A stretch of DNA of 64,000 nucleotides from Gemmatimonadota bacterium. GTDB lineage: Bacteria; Gemmatimonadota; Gemmatimonadetes; Longimicrobiales; Gaopeijiaceae. The notes beneath the pieces are model-generated. The model was not told where the DNA came from. It saw only the letters and a program-made list of their open reading frames with translations, and did no database searches. A program made the position numbers and the translations under genes. Shown here piece after piece: positions 42,184 through 52,330 of the stretch. Every line of letters begins with the position of its first letter. The first letter of the stretch is position 1. The DNA lies in NCBI GenBank assembly GCA_034521595.1, contig JAXHMG010000003.1, forward strand, positions 1,792,001 to 1,856,000, written 5' to 3'.

Positions 42184-43799
42184 TCGCTCTGGAGCGTCTC
42201 CAAGTTGGACCGCACCGCCTCGTTCTGTGGATTGAGGTCGAGCGCACGCCGCCAGAGCAACAGGGCCACGTCCCGGTCATTGTCCTTGTAGGCCATCGTC
42301 CCGAGCCGAAGGTAGACGTCGTCACCCAGCCTCGGCGCGATCTTCACGGCCTTCTCGTACTGGACGCGCGCGCCATCCAGATCTCCGCGCGCGTACGCCT
42401 GGTCGCCGAGGTTCTTGTGCGCCTGCGGCAGCGGTGGATGGAGCGCGACGGCTCGCTTGTACAGCGCCTCGGCCGCTTCCACTTCCCCTCGTCGCTCCAG
42501 CACCGTGCCGGTATTGACCAAGATCGCGCCGGAGGCGGGATAGTGTCCCATTCCCTCCTGACCCACGCGCACCGCCATGTCGAGGTCCCCGGCGACGGCC
42601 GCGGCCAGCACGGTGTAGGCGTAATACTGCTCGGCCGGGACCTTGAGCCCGGGATAGGTACGGTAACGGCGGAACGCTTCGAGCGCCTTGTCGACGCGTC
42701 CCGCCTTGAACTCCACGATGCCCCGCGCGAGGTAGACCTCGTGGTCCTTCGGACGCGCTTCGGCCGCCGCCTCCAACGCTTGGAGGGCCTCGTCATGACG
42801 GCCGAGCGCTTCGAGCGCCAGCGCCGTGTTGCGGTGTACCGCATAGCTCTCGGCATACCCCGGCGGCATCGATCCGAAATGGGCGAGGGCTTCCTCGAAG
42901 CGGCTCCTGCGAAAAGCGATCAATCCCATCATGAAGTTCGCCCGAGCCTGCCGGGGATCCGCTTCGAGCACTTCCTCGAACTCTCGTTGCGCGTCTTCGA
43001 GCATGCCCGACCGGTAGAACGCGATGCCGATGTTCAGGTGTTGCTGAAGCGCCTCGTCCCCCCCGGTCTCCTCCTCGGTCGTTCGCTCCCCCGCCCGTGA
43101 CACGAAGCCGGCCTGGATCAAGCCATACAAGGCCTTGCCGGTCTCGAACTCCACGAGGCCGGCCTCGTTCATGATCTCGTCGACGGTGCGCACCCCGTCG
43201 ATGAACGGCAGGACCTTGCGTTGCTCTCGCGTCAGCTCGATGTCGCTCTCGGCCTCCGTCGGATCCACGTCGACCTGGAAGACGATATCGAACGAAGGGA
43301 TCTTCTTCTCGACCAGACTCCACTCGTCCACACGCCGGGCGCCCTCCATGAGGAGCGCCTCGGGCGAAATGTCGACGAGCAAGAGCCCGTCTTCGTCGGG
43401 CATCTGGTCCGTGTCGAAGTGGAACGCTCCCTGGGACCAGGTGAACAGGTAATAAACCGCCTCTTCCACCTGCATCTGAATGTAGCGGCGCAGGTCTTCC
43501 TGACTGAGCGCCCCCATCTCGACCAGGATCTCGCCGAGCCGCTTTCCCTTTTCCTCGGCCTGCCGCTCGATGGCTGCGGAGAGGTCCTTGCGGGTGATCA
43601 CGTGGTTGCGCACCAAGAGCTCTCCCAGCCGATCCCTCCGGTTGAGCACCGATGCGTAGATGACCCTTCCCTGCTGGAAATAGATGTAGCCGAAGTTGGA
43701 CCGGTCCGTGATGCTGAGGCAGCCCGTCTTGCGGCCCATCCCCAAGAGCTGACAGATGTCGGCCAGGCTGACGTCCTGAAGCGCTCCTTCGATGGCCAT
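42180..43799 (-). CDS. DUF4388 domain + TPR protein
   Basis: MAIEGALQDVSLADICQLL..KTGCL, RLGELL motif, WSQGAFHF, LLMEGARRVDEW, C-terminal TPRs. Confidence 0.88.
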   Translation of the reverse strand: MAIEGALQDVSLADICQLLGMGRKTGCLSITDRSNFGYIYFQQGRVIYASVLNRRDRLGELLVRNHVITRKDLSAAIERQAEEKGKRLGEILVEMGALSQEDLRRYIQMQVEEAVYYLFTWSQGAFHFDTDQMPDEDGLLLVDISPEALLMEGARRVDEWSLVEKKIPSFDIVFQVDVDPTEAESDIELTREQRKVLPFIDGVRTVDEIMNEAGLVEFETGKALYGLIQAGFVSRAGERTTEEETGGDEALQQHLNIGIAFYRSGMLEDAQREFEEVLEADPRQARANFMMGLIAFRRSRFEEALAHFGSMPPGYAESYAVHRNTALALEALGRHDEALQALEAAAEARPKDHEVYLARGIVEFKAGRVDKALEAFRRYRTYPGLKVPAEQYYAYTVLAAAVAGDLDMAVRVGQEGMGHYPASGAILVNTGTVLERRGEVEAAEALYKRAVALHPPLPQAHKNLGDQAYARGDLDGARVQYEKAVKIAPRLGDDVYLRLGTMAYKDNDRDVALLLWRRALDLNPQNEAVRSNLETLQSE

Positions 43800-45686
43800 T
43801 CAGTCCAACTCCTCGATCAAGAAGTCGGGAAGTCGTGGCCAGTGAATGACCGCGTTCTCACGGCTCGGAGACCAACTCCCGCCCCTGCGCGCGTCGGCCG
43901 GAACGGAGTCCACGCCCACGCTCTCATGATGAGGCGATGAAGCAGCCTCGGACGGAGGCTGGGAGGCGGAAGACACGCCCTCCTCCTCCTCCGGCCCGCC
44001 TGACGCCTCTCCACCGAGCACACCGTCCAGCTCCAGCTCGGAGAGTAGGCCGCTCCCTTCGAGCGTCAGCGCCTCGTCCTCCAGAATGAGATCGGTACCG
44101 GGCGTCCCCGAGGTGAGCTCCAGCACCAAGCCCCCTTCGAACCGGGACCGCAGACGATCGTCGATGCTGCCGATCTCCGAAGGGGGCCGGTCCGCAACCA
44201 ACAAGATCCGGGCGCCCCGGCGCTTGAGCGCCTCGAAGAGGTGGAAGAACTCGTCTTGCGCACGTTCCGTCTCCGAGAGCGCCTCGAGTCCGTGGACGAG
44301 GAGTAGGTCCACGGTCCACCAGCGCTCCCGCCAGGCTCCGGCGACTCCCTCACCGAGGGCCCGAATGAAGTCGTCGGCGAAGCCCTGGAGTGACGTCACG
44401 GCCATGCGGGACGTCGGCTGCGTCGCCTGAAAGGTCCGCCCGGCCGCGCCAAGGAGCGTCTTCCCGAGGTCCTCGTACGGAGCGACGACGAAGAGCGGGC
44501 TGTACTCGGGCCGCTCGGTTCCCACGAGCTGCGCAGCCGCCTTGAGCACGATGCCCGGGTAGTCCTGGAGGTCGGTGAGCTTCTGCCCTTCCGTCAGGTT
44601 GGGGAACGGCCTCTGCCGCTCACGCACGGACGCGAGAAGCGACTCCGCCTCCTGTAGGCGATCCGGATCCTTCAACACCCCCGCCGCGGCTTCCGGCCAC
44701 GGATTGCCGAGCTCCTCCAGCTCTTCGTCGATCTGACGCAGGCGCTTCACGTCGGACCGGAAACGCTCGATGATCTCTTCCCAACCCTCGGGCTCGTCCT
44801 CCTTCAGATACGGCTCGAGTCGAAGCGTGGAGAAGCCCTCCCGCTCCGCGGCGTCGATGGCCTCATGGAACGCCCGGCGCCACGGCGCCTCCTTTTCCTC
44901 CACGACCTCGGCCAACGAGGTCACCAGGTCGTCGAGGAACGAGTCGAACTCCTCGTCCGTGGGTGCGTCGGCGGCCGTGACCGAGCCCATGAGGAGAGAG
45001 ATCTCGTCCACTTGCACGCGCCGGTCCTCGAGCTCCTGAATCGCCAACACCTTGTTCAGGCCTCCGCCGAGCTCCCGCACGTTCCGGAACGGATGTCGCG
45101 CCAACGCTTCCGCGACACCGGCCTCCAGCGACTGTCCCCGCTCCTTCGCCTTCTTGTGGATGATGGCGACGCGCGTCTCGTATTCCGGGACCCCGATGTC
45201 CACGATCAAGCCGCCCGAGAACCGGGACAGGAGCCGTGCATCGAGTCCGTTGATGTCGGCCGGCGGCCGGTCGCTGGCCAGAACCATTTGACTTCCCGAA
45301 GCCGACAGCTCGTCGAGCGTGCGGAGGAGCATTTCCTGAGCTTCGGGTTGGCCGGTCAGGAACTGGACATCGTCCAGCAGCAGGATGTCGAGATCCTCGA
45401 ACAACGTCCTGCCATCGTGCGTTCCGCCCTCGAGCGCCGTCTCGAGCCGATCCAGATACTTCTCGAGCGCAAGGTACTCCACCCTACGTCCCGCCCCCCT
45501 GTCGGCCTGATGCGCGATGGCCGTGAGAATGTGCGTCTTTCCGAGCCCCGAAGCCGAATAGACGAACAGCGGGTTATAGCTCGTGCCCGGGGACTCGGCC
45601 GCCCGCCTCGCCGCGGCGGAGGCCAGACGGTTCGCGGGCCCCACCACGAACGACTCGAACGTCAGCTTGGGATCGAAATCCGACAT
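43800..45686 (-). CDS. DnaA/Hda-like protein with two tandem AAA+ modules
   Basis: TFESFVVGPAN, YNPLF, GLGKTH, LLDDVQ, RLLSRF; second copy YSPLF..DLGKT..RLRSRFEGG; no DnaA domain IV. Confidence 0.85.
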   Translation of the reverse strand: MSDFDPKLTFESFVVGPANRLASAAARRAAESPGTSYNPLFVYSASGLGKTHILTAIAHQADRGAGRRVEYLALEKYLDRLETALEGGTHDGRTLFEDLDILLLDDVQFLTGQPEAQEMLLRTLDELSASGSQMVLASDRPPADINGLDARLLSRFSGGLIVDIGVPEYETRVAIIHKKAKERGQSLEAGVAEALARHPFRNVRELGGGLNKVLAIQELEDRRVQVDEISLLMGSVTAADAPTDEEFDSFLDDLVTSLAEVVEEKEAPWRRAFHEAIDAAEREGFSTLRLEPYLKEDEPEGWEEIIERFRSDVKRLRQIDEELEELGNPWPEAAAGVLKDPDRLQEAESLLASVRERQRPFPNLTEGQKLTDLQDYPGIVLKAAAQLVGTERPEYSPLFVVAPYEDLGKTLLGAAGRTFQATQPTSRMAVTSLQGFADDFIRALGEGVAGAWRERWWTVDLLLVHGLEALSETERAQDEFFHLFEALKRRGARILLVADRPPSEIGSIDDRLRSRFEGGLVLELTSGTPGTDLILEDEALTLEGSGLLSELELDGVLGGEASGGPEEEEGVSSASQPPSEAASSPHHESVGVDSVPADARRGGSWSPSRENAVIHWPRLPDFLIEELD

Positions 45687-45788
45687 CGGACCGGGGTTGA
45701 TCTCCCTCAGGCTATACGGAACGGCGAAGTTCAAGTATCGACGACATGACCCCGGAAAAAAAGGGCATTCTAGGGTCCGAGCCCGCGC

Positions 45789-46772
45789 TCACTCGCGCTT
45801 GCTCCGGCTCCCGTCCACGGGCTCACGTCCCCAACGGAGGGCCGCGGCCAGGTCCTCCGGAAGCTCGGCGTGAAAGCGCATGTGTTCGCCGGTGGCCGGG
45901 TGATCGAAGCCGAGCGCCGCGGCGTGGAGAAACTGACGGGGGACGCGGCGAGCGAGCTCTTCCGCCCATCGCCGGCCGTTTCCACCCATGCCCCGCTCCC
46001 AACCGGCTCCGTATACATCGTCTCCCACTACGGGGTGTCCGATGTGACTCAGATGGACGCGGATCTGGTGGGTGCGCCCCGTCTGCAGCGCCACATCGAG
46101 CAGATCCGCACGCTCCCAGCGCTCCGCGACCCGGACCCGGGTGACGGCCGACCGCCCCCCGTCCACCACCGCCATCTTCTTGCGGTCGCGCGGATCACGG
46201 CCGATGGGCTCATCGATCACCCGGACGTCCTCGCGGAGATGACCCCAGACGAGTGCACGGTAGATCCGCCGGATCCGGCGAGCCTCGAGCGCTTCGCGGA
46301 GCGCCAGGTGCGCCACGTCCGACTTCGCGACGAGGAGCAACCCCGACGTATCCCGGTCGAGGCGATGGACGATGCCCGGCCTCAGGCGTCCGCCCACGCC
46401 CGAGAGGTCCCGTACATGAAAGAGGAGCGCGTTGACCATCGTACCGGATCGGTGACCGGGGGCGGGATGCACGACCATGCCGGCGGGCTTGTTGACGACC
46501 GCCAGATGCTCGTCCTGATAGACGATCTCGAGCGGAAGGTCTTCCGGCTCCATCGACACGGGCCGGGCCGGCGGCACCCGGACCCGCACCCGCTGGCCCT
46601 CCGCGACCGCCTCCGACTTGCGTCCCGGGCGGTCGTCCACGGTGATCCTTCCTTCCACCAGGAGCTTCTGTACCCGGGTCCGCGAGAGCTCGAGGTGGTC
46701 GGACACGAACCGGTCGAGCCGGCCCGTATCGCCGGAACCGACCGTGAGCTCGTGGACTTCATCTTCGGTCAC
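45789..46772 (-). CDS. rluD: RluA-family pseudouridine synthase (RluD-like, S4 domain)
   Basis: RLDRF, NKPAGMVVHP, HRLDRDTSG, TGRTHQIRVH. Confidence 0.92.
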   Translation of the reverse strand: MTEDEVHELTVGSGDTGRLDRFVSDHLELSRTRVQKLLVEGRITVDDRPGRKSEAVAEGQRVRVRVPPARPVSMEPEDLPLEIVYQDEHLAVVNKPAGMVVHPAPGHRSGTMVNALLFHVRDLSGVGGRLRPGIVHRLDRDTSGLLLVAKSDVAHLALREALEARRIRRIYRALVWGHLREDVRVIDEPIGRDPRDRKKMAVVDGGRSAVTRVRVAERWERADLLDVALQTGRTHQIRVHLSHIGHPVVGDDVYGAGWERGMGGNGRRWAEELARRVPRQFLHAAALGFDHPATGEHMRFHAELPEDLAAALRWGREPVDGSRSKRE

Positions 46773-46776
46773 GAGC

Positions 46777-49700
46777 TCATCCGGATGCGGGCCGGAGGGC
46801 GATCCAGGCCGGTGTACCGTCGATATCGACCTCGGAAGCGTGCGGGAATCCGTTCCGCTCCCCCGCTCCCTCCTCCAGGAGGGCAACGTCGAGCGCGAGC
46901 GTCTCACCACCGATGAAGTCGCGGTGTGTGCCCGCGGCCGTGCGAATCGCCTCGGGCCCCGAGATCCCGAGCTCGATGCGGTCCGTGATCTCGAGCCCCG
47001 CGTCCTTTCGGAGTCGCTGGATCCGGTTCACCAACTCGCGCGCCATGCCCTCCAGCCGGAGCTCTTCGTCCAACTCCGGATCCAGAGCGACCGTGAAGCC
47101 GCCTTCACCCTTGACCACGAAGTCGCCGGTCGATTCCTGCAGGACTTCGAGATCGTCCTCGATCAGCTGATACCGGACGTCCTCGAGCACGATCTCCACC
47201 GCCTCACCCCGCTGGAAAGCCCGGATCCGGTCCTCGTCCAGGGCGCGAATCGCGTTGGCCGCATCGTTGGTCCGCTTCCCGAATCGGCTGCCGAGGGAGC
47301 GGTAGTTCGGCTTCGCCGACAGGCTGACCAATCCTTCGGCGGTGCTGAGAAAGCGAATCTCCTTCACATTGAGCTCGTCCCGCACGACCTCGAGCACTTC
47401 GCCGGACAGCGCCCGGCCTCCGGGGACGACCGCCTCCATGGTCCGCAAGGGCTGCCGCACTCGAATCCGCACTTCTTCACGGGCCGCGCGTCCGAGCGAG
47501 ACGAGGGACCGCGCCGCGTCCATGTCGGCTTCCAAGTCCGCGTCACTCCGGTCCGAAGATCGAGGGAAGCGCTGGAGGTGCACGCTTCCCTCGGCCAACG
47601 CCCGATGAAGCCAATCCGCGGTGAACGGCACACAGGGCGCCGCGAGCAAGCTGACGGCGCGCAACGCTTCCCACAGGGTCCGGAACGCGGCCCGCGTGTC
47701 CGCCTCGTCCGCGTTCCCCCAGAAGCGTGCCCGGTTCCGGCGGACGTACCAGTTCGAGAGGTCCTCGACCACGAAGTCCCCGACCGCCCGGTACGCGCGC
47801 GTGAGCTGGTAAGCGTCCAGCGCTTGCCGGGCCTCTTCGGTCACCGTGTCGATCCTCGACAACAGCCACCGGTCGAGAAGAGGCCGATCGTTCGGCGCGG
47901 GATCGGCCTCCGACGGGCTCCAGTCCTCCGCGTCCGCGTACAGGGTGAAGAAGCGGTACGTGTTGAAGAGCGTGTCGAAGAACCTCCGTGCGGCTTCCCG
48001 CACTCCCGCCGGGTCGTATCGCTTGGGCACCCACGGGTTCGACGACGTGATGAAGTACCAGCGGAGCGCATCGGATCCGTGGTCGCTGATCGCGTCCCAC
48101 GGGTTCACCACGTTCCCCTTCGATTTGGACATCTTCTGTCCCTCGGCGTCGAGGATCAGGTCGTTCACGACCACGTTCCTGTACGCCGGGCCCCGTCCGA
48201 GCAGGGTCGAGATCGCCATGAGCGAGTAGAACCAACCTCGAGTCTGGTCGAGCCCTTCGCAGATGAAATCCGCGGGGAAATGCCGCTCGAACTCGGCCTC
48301 GTTCTCGAACGGGTAGTGCCACTGGGCATAGGGCATCGCACCGGAGTCGAACCACACGTCGACCACCTCGGGCGTGCGTCGCATCGTGCCTTCGCACTCG
48401 CTGCATTCCCACGTGAAGTCGTCGATGTACGGTCGGTGCGGATCGAAGTCCTCCGGAAGCGGGCCCACGGCCGCCTCGAGATCGGACCGTGAGCCGATCC
48501 AATGCACGTGCTCGTCATTCCGGTCGCAGACCCACACCGGCAGGGGCGTGCCCCAATACCGGTCGCGCGACAACGCCCAGTCGACGTTGCCACGCAGCCA
48601 CTCTCCGAACCGCTTCTCCCCCACTTCGGGCGGGTGCCAGGCCACCGCCTCGTTGTTCTCCAGAAGCTGGTCCCGGAGACTCGACGTCGCGGCGAACCAG
48701 GAGTGGCGCGCCACGTAGAGAAGGGGAGAATCGCAGCGCCAACAGTGCGGATAGCTGTGGGTCACCTGGCTGATATCGAAGAGGAGGTCCCGTGCTTCCA
48801 GCTCTTCGACGAGGACGGGGTCCGCATCCTTCACGAACTGGCCTGCGACCAAGGCGACGTCGTCCACGAAGCGGCCCGCGTCATCGATGGGGTTGAGCAT
48901 GGGGAGCCCGTGACGCTGTCCGGCTGCGTAGTCGTCCGCTCCGAACGCCGGGGCCATGTGCACGATGCCCGTACCGTCGTCGTCGCTCACGAAGTCTTCC
49001 GCGATCACCCGCCAGCCATTCCCGACGTCCTCCGGCTCCGCGACGAGGTCCAGGGGGCGGCGATACCGCAGCCCGACGAGCTCGGTGCCCCGGTAGGTCC
49101 GGACCACTTCGGCCTCTTCCCCGAACAACCCTTCGACCCGGGCTTCGGCAGCGATGTAGCGTCGACCGTCGTCCAGCACCTCGGCGTAGATCAACTCCGG
49201 ATGGACCGCGAGGCCGGTGTTGGACGGCACCGTCCAGGGCGTCGTCGTCCAGGCGAGGAACGCGCGGCCTTCAGGATCGGGCTCGCCGTCTTCGGTCATC
49301 ACCTCGGCCACGAACGTGAGCGAAGGGTCCTCGACCTCTTTGTACCCGAGAGACACCTCGTGGGAGGAGAGCGTCGTGCCGCAGCGGGGACAGTAGGGCA
49401 CGCTCTTGTGCCCCTGATACAACAACCCGTCGTCGGCGAACTTCTTGAGAATCCACCAGACCGACTCGATGTATTCGGTGTGGTACGTGACGTAGGGACG
49501 CCAGTACTCGAGCCAGTACGCGATGCGCTCGCTCAGCTTCTCCCACTCTTCTTTGTAGGTGAACACCGAGTCCCGGCACACCTCGTTGAAGCGCTCGATG
49601 CCCACGGCCTCGATCTCGGGCTTCCCGCTGATTCCGAGCTTCTTCTCGGCCTCGATCTCCACCGGAAGCCCGTGGGTGTCCCAGCCGGCGATCCTTGTTA

Positions 49701-49932
49701 CGCTCCGGCCTTCCATGGCCCGGTGCCGGCAAACCAGATCCTTGATGGTCCGGCTGATGATGTGGTGAATGCCCGGACGGCCGTTGGCCGTCGGCGGCCC
49801 TTCGTAGAAGACGAAGGGCTCGCCGTCCGCATTGGCGTCGAGCGTGCGACGGAACAGGTCCTCGGCGTTCCACCGGCGGAGGCTCTCTTCTTCGATCTCG
49901 AGCAGCGTGCTCGGAAGCTCTGGGTAACGCAT
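46777..49932 (-). CDS. ileS: Isoleucine-tRNA ligase, type 2
   Basis: EGPPTANG, GIHH, GWDTHGLP, DQTRGWF, KMSKS, type-2 C-terminus. Confidence 0.97.
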   Translation of the reverse strand: MRYPELPSTLLEIEEESLRRWNAEDLFRRTLDANADGEPFVFYEGPPTANGRPGIHHIISRTIKDLVCRHRAMEGRSVTRIAGWDTHGLPVEIEAEKKLGISGKPEIEAVGIERFNEVCRDSVFTYKEEWEKLSERIAYWLEYWRPYVTYHTEYIESVWWILKKFADDGLLYQGHKSVPYCPRCGTTLSSHEVSLGYKEVEDPSLTFVAEVMTEDGEPDPEGRAFLAWTTTPWTVPSNTGLAVHPELIYAEVLDDGRRYIAAEARVEGLFGEEAEVVRTYRGTELVGLRYRRPLDLVAEPEDVGNGWRVIAEDFVSDDDGTGIVHMAPAFGADDYAAGQRHGLPMLNPIDDAGRFVDDVALVAGQFVKDADPVLVEELEARDLLFDISQVTHSYPHCWRCDSPLLYVARHSWFAATSSLRDQLLENNEAVAWHPPEVGEKRFGEWLRGNVDWALSRDRYWGTPLPVWVCDRNDEHVHWIGSRSDLEAAVGPLPEDFDPHRPYIDDFTWECSECEGTMRRTPEVVDVWFDSGAMPYAQWHYPFENEAEFERHFPADFICEGLDQTRGWFYSLMAISTLLGRGPAYRNVVVNDLILDAEGQKMSKSKGNVVNPWDAISDHGSDALRWYFITSSNPWVPKRYDPAGVREAARRFFDTLFNTYRFFTLYADAEDWSPSEADPAPNDRPLLDRWLLSRIDTVTEEARQALDAYQLTRAYRAVGDFVVEDLSNWYVRRNRARFWGNADEADTRAAFRTLWEALRAVSLLAAPCVPFTADWLHRALAEGSVHLQRFPRSSDRSDADLEADMDAARSLVSLGRAAREEVRIRVRQPLRTMEAVVPGGRALSGEVLEVVRDELNVKEIRFLSTAEGLVSLSAKPNYRSLGSRFGKRTNDAANAIRALDEDRIRAFQRGEAVEIVLEDVRYQLIEDDLEVLQESTGDFVVKGEGGFTVALDPELDEELRLEGMARELVNRIQRLRKDAGLEITDRIELGISGPEAIRTAAGTHRDFIGGETLALDVALLEEGAGERNGFPHASEVDIDGTPAWIALRPASG

Positions 49933-49981
49933 CGGCGGTCGATCGGGGAAGGTCTCGAGGGGTAGGGAGTTCCGGCCGGCG

Positions 49982-50833
49982 TCAGTCTCGATCCCCGCGC
50001 TCGGCATCGTCGTCCAGGTAAAGTAGAAGGTTCTCCGTCCTGCGGGGGGGGGACTCCGGCGTGTCCTGAGCGTCCGTGGGTTCCGCTCCCTCGGGCAACG
50101 GCTCCGTCTCCGCGCCATCCGGCCCGGGTGCTCCGTGCTGGGCACGCTCGGCGGCGTCCGTGCTCTCCCTGGCGTCCGGCAAGTCCTCGTCCGCAAGAGC
50201 CTCCTCCTGCGGTTGTCCGCCCTCGCTCGCGGAGCCCGGCGACAGGTCCAGAATTGGTGTCGCGTCGGCCTCGCCTCGCTCGCCACCGACCTCGGACGGC
50301 ACCGGGCCCAACTCCAACTCGAACGAGCGCTCTTCGAGGGGTGGACGGGATTCCTCCACCTCGACCACGTCCATCTCCCGCTCCAAAAGCTGCCTGAACG
50401 AGTTCAGGAAGCGAAGACGACGGCGCTCGAGGTCGGCGAGGGTGCTCAGCGCCTGATCGGCCCGGCGCTCGGAGTTCCTCAACCGCATGCGGACGTCGGC
50501 CTCGGCTTCGGCGATCATCCGCCGGGCCTCGGTCCGTGCGTCCTCGACGAGCTTATCGGCCTCGCGACGCGCTTGTTCGCGGATCTCGGTGCGGAGCTCC
50601 TGCGCGGTGACCAGCGCTTCGCGCACTGCTTCCTCGCGCTCCGTCTGTGCGGCTACCTGCTGCTCCAGCGCCTGAGCGCGCTCTCGAAGCTGGAGATTCT
50701 CACGGACGATCCCTTCGAGGCGCTCGGCCACGAGCTCGAGAAACGAATCGACCTCCTGAGGCTCGTATCCCCGAAGCCCCTTCGCGAAGTCGCCTCGCTT
50801 GTTCCTCACGTCCAGCGGCGTCAGATCAATCAT
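49982..50833 (-). CDS. DivIVA domain protein with acidic tail
   Basis: LTPLDVRNK..F..LRGY..EVD.FL, coiled coil. Confidence 0.9.
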   Translation of the reverse strand: MIDLTPLDVRNKRGDFAKGLRGYEPQEVDSFLELVAERLEGIVRENLQLRERAQALEQQVAAQTEREEAVREALVTAQELRTEIREQARREADKLVEDARTEARRMIAEAEADVRMRLRNSERRADQALSTLADLERRRLRFLNSFRQLLEREMDVVEVEESRPPLEERSFELELGPVPSEVGGERGEADATPILDLSPGSASEGGQPQEEALADEDLPDARESTDAAERAQHGAPGPDGAETEPLPEGAEPTDAQDTPESPPRRTENLLLYLDDDAERGDRD

Positions 50834-51549
50834 GCTCGGTCTCTTTCCCCGAAGAGTGCGGTGCCAATACGAACCATCGTGCTCCCTTCCCGGATCGCGA
50901 TCTCGAAATCGTTCGTCATGCCCATGGACAGCTCCGAGCCCACGCGGTCGGTCACCGCCCGGACGTCTTCGGACGTCTTTCTCAACGCCGCGAACGTGCC
51001 GGCCAACAAGCGCTCGTCCGTCACCAGCGGAGCCATGGTCATCAGGCCCAGAACGTGGACCCCCGGCAGCTCGGCGATTGCGTGAATCTCTTCGACCACC
51101 CCACCACCCTCCAGACCGCCCTTCGCCTCCTCACCGGAGGCATTCACCTGAACCAGCACCTCAGCGGGCTCGCCACGCTCTTCCGCCGCTCCGGAGATCT
51201 TGCGCCCGAGCTTCATCGAGCTCACGGAGTGAATCACGTCGGCGATCGCGACCGCGCGCTTCGCCTTCCGGCTCTGGATATGCCCCACGAAGTGCCACCG
51301 GACCCCGAGCTCCGAGAACGCGTTGTGCTTCTCTTCGGCTTCCTCGACCCGATTCTCGCCCAGGTCGGTGAGGCCGGATTGGAACGCGGCTTCGAGTGCC
51401 GCGAGCGGATGCCCCTTCGTGACACCCACGAGCGTGACCTCGTCGGAGGCGCGCCCGGCTCGCCCGAGCGCTCCCTCGATGCGCCCACGCACCCGGGGCA
51501 ACGTCTCGGCCAGTCGGGCCGTGTAGCTCTCAACCGTCGCGGAAGTCAT
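50830..51549 (-). CDS. yggS: YggS/PLPBP pyridoxal-phosphate homeostasis protein
   Basis: VGVTK, GENRV, WHFVGHIQ, GLMTM, LSMGMTND, RIGTALFG. Confidence 0.93.
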   Translation of the reverse strand: MTSATVESYTARLAETLPRVRGRIEGALGRAGRASDEVTLVGVTKGHPLAALEAAFQSGLTDLGENRVEEAEEKHNAFSELGVRWHFVGHIQSRKAKRAVAIADVIHSVSSMKLGRKISGAAEERGEPAEVLVQVNASGEEAKGGLEGGGVVEEIHAIAELPGVHVLGLMTMAPLVTDERLLAGTFAALRKTSEDVRAVTDRVGSELSMGMTNDFEIAIREGSTMVRIGTALFGERDRA

Positions 51550-51590
51550 CCGTCAACCTTCTCCTTCGCACGTCTCCATCTCGGCCCAAC

Positions 51591-51627
51591 AAAAAGGGGA
51601 CCCCGCCGGAGCTCCGGCGGGGTCCCC
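51591..51627 (-). terminator. Intrinsic terminator of the exbB-exbD-exbD-tonB operon
   Basis: Perfect 32-bp palindrome 51596-51627 followed by TTTTT on the minus strand. Confidence 0.88.
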
Positions 51628-51649
51628 GAGGATCCGTTCAGGCTCCGTG

Positions 51650-52330
51650 TCAGCGAACCTGGAACGTAATCGGGAACGAGACCCATACGGGAACCTGCTG
51701 ATCCCGGTTCAGCGCCGGCGAGAACTGGTAGACCTCGGCCACGTCCAACGCCGCTTGGTCGAGCGCGTCGTGACCCGAGCTCTGGTCGATTCTGAAGTCC
51801 TGGACCCGGCCGTTCTCGTCGATGAAGAAGTAGACCCTGACCGTGCCACCGATCCCGGCGTCACGGAGAAGCGAGGGATACTCCCGCTCCATGGCCCGGA
51901 CGACCTCACTCCGGTTCTGGATCTCCGGAGCGACGGTGAACGGCGTGAAGGTCGGCTCGTCGGACAAATTCCCACCTTCCTGATCGGGCGGCGGCGGCAG
52001 GTCTTCGGCCGGATTGTCCTCGAACGTGGTCGGGGCGATCGTGATGTCCTCCTCGACGTCCGCCTCGGCGATAACCGGCGTCGCGGGGCGGGAAATCGCC
52101 TCCGGCGGCGGCGGAACCTCGACCTCGGGCGGCAGCTCGATGGACTCGAGCTCCTCCGAGCTGACCGAGAAGTCCTCCGCCGTCAATTCCGGCCACAGCG
52201 CGAACGTGCCGAAGTGAATCAGCGTCGCCGCGATCATCGAGCCCCAGAACCACGATGCGAACGACCTCTTCAACCGGTCGTTGGCGGTTTCGGCGAGTAC
52301 TGGACCCGCTCCTGCTTCTTCCTCGCTCAT
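51650..52330 (-). CDS. tonB: Energy transducer TonB
   Basis: TM with His, Pro-rich linker, YP..R.AGIGG.V, SSG..LD.AA. Confidence 0.92.
   Translation of the reverse strand: MSEEEAGAGPVLAETANDRLKRSFASWFWGSMIAATLIHFGTFALWPELTAEDFSVSSEELESIELPPEVEVPPPPEAISRPATPVIAEADVEEDITIAPTTFEDNPAEDLPPPPDQEGGNLSDEPTFTPFTVAPEIQNRSEVVRAMEREYPSLLRDAGIGGTVRVYFFIDENGRVQDFRIDQSSGHDALDQAALDVAEVYQFSPALNRDQQVPVWVSFPITFQVR

Noticed and set aside
45708-45733. ECF-type promoter GAACTT...CCTGA before the DnaA-like gene (minus strand)
   Set aside because: Spacer of 15 nt and an imperfect -10; not distinguishable from chance
43800-45790. Chromosomal dnaA/oriC
   Set aside because: No domain IV, no dnaN, no cluster of TTATCCACA boxes
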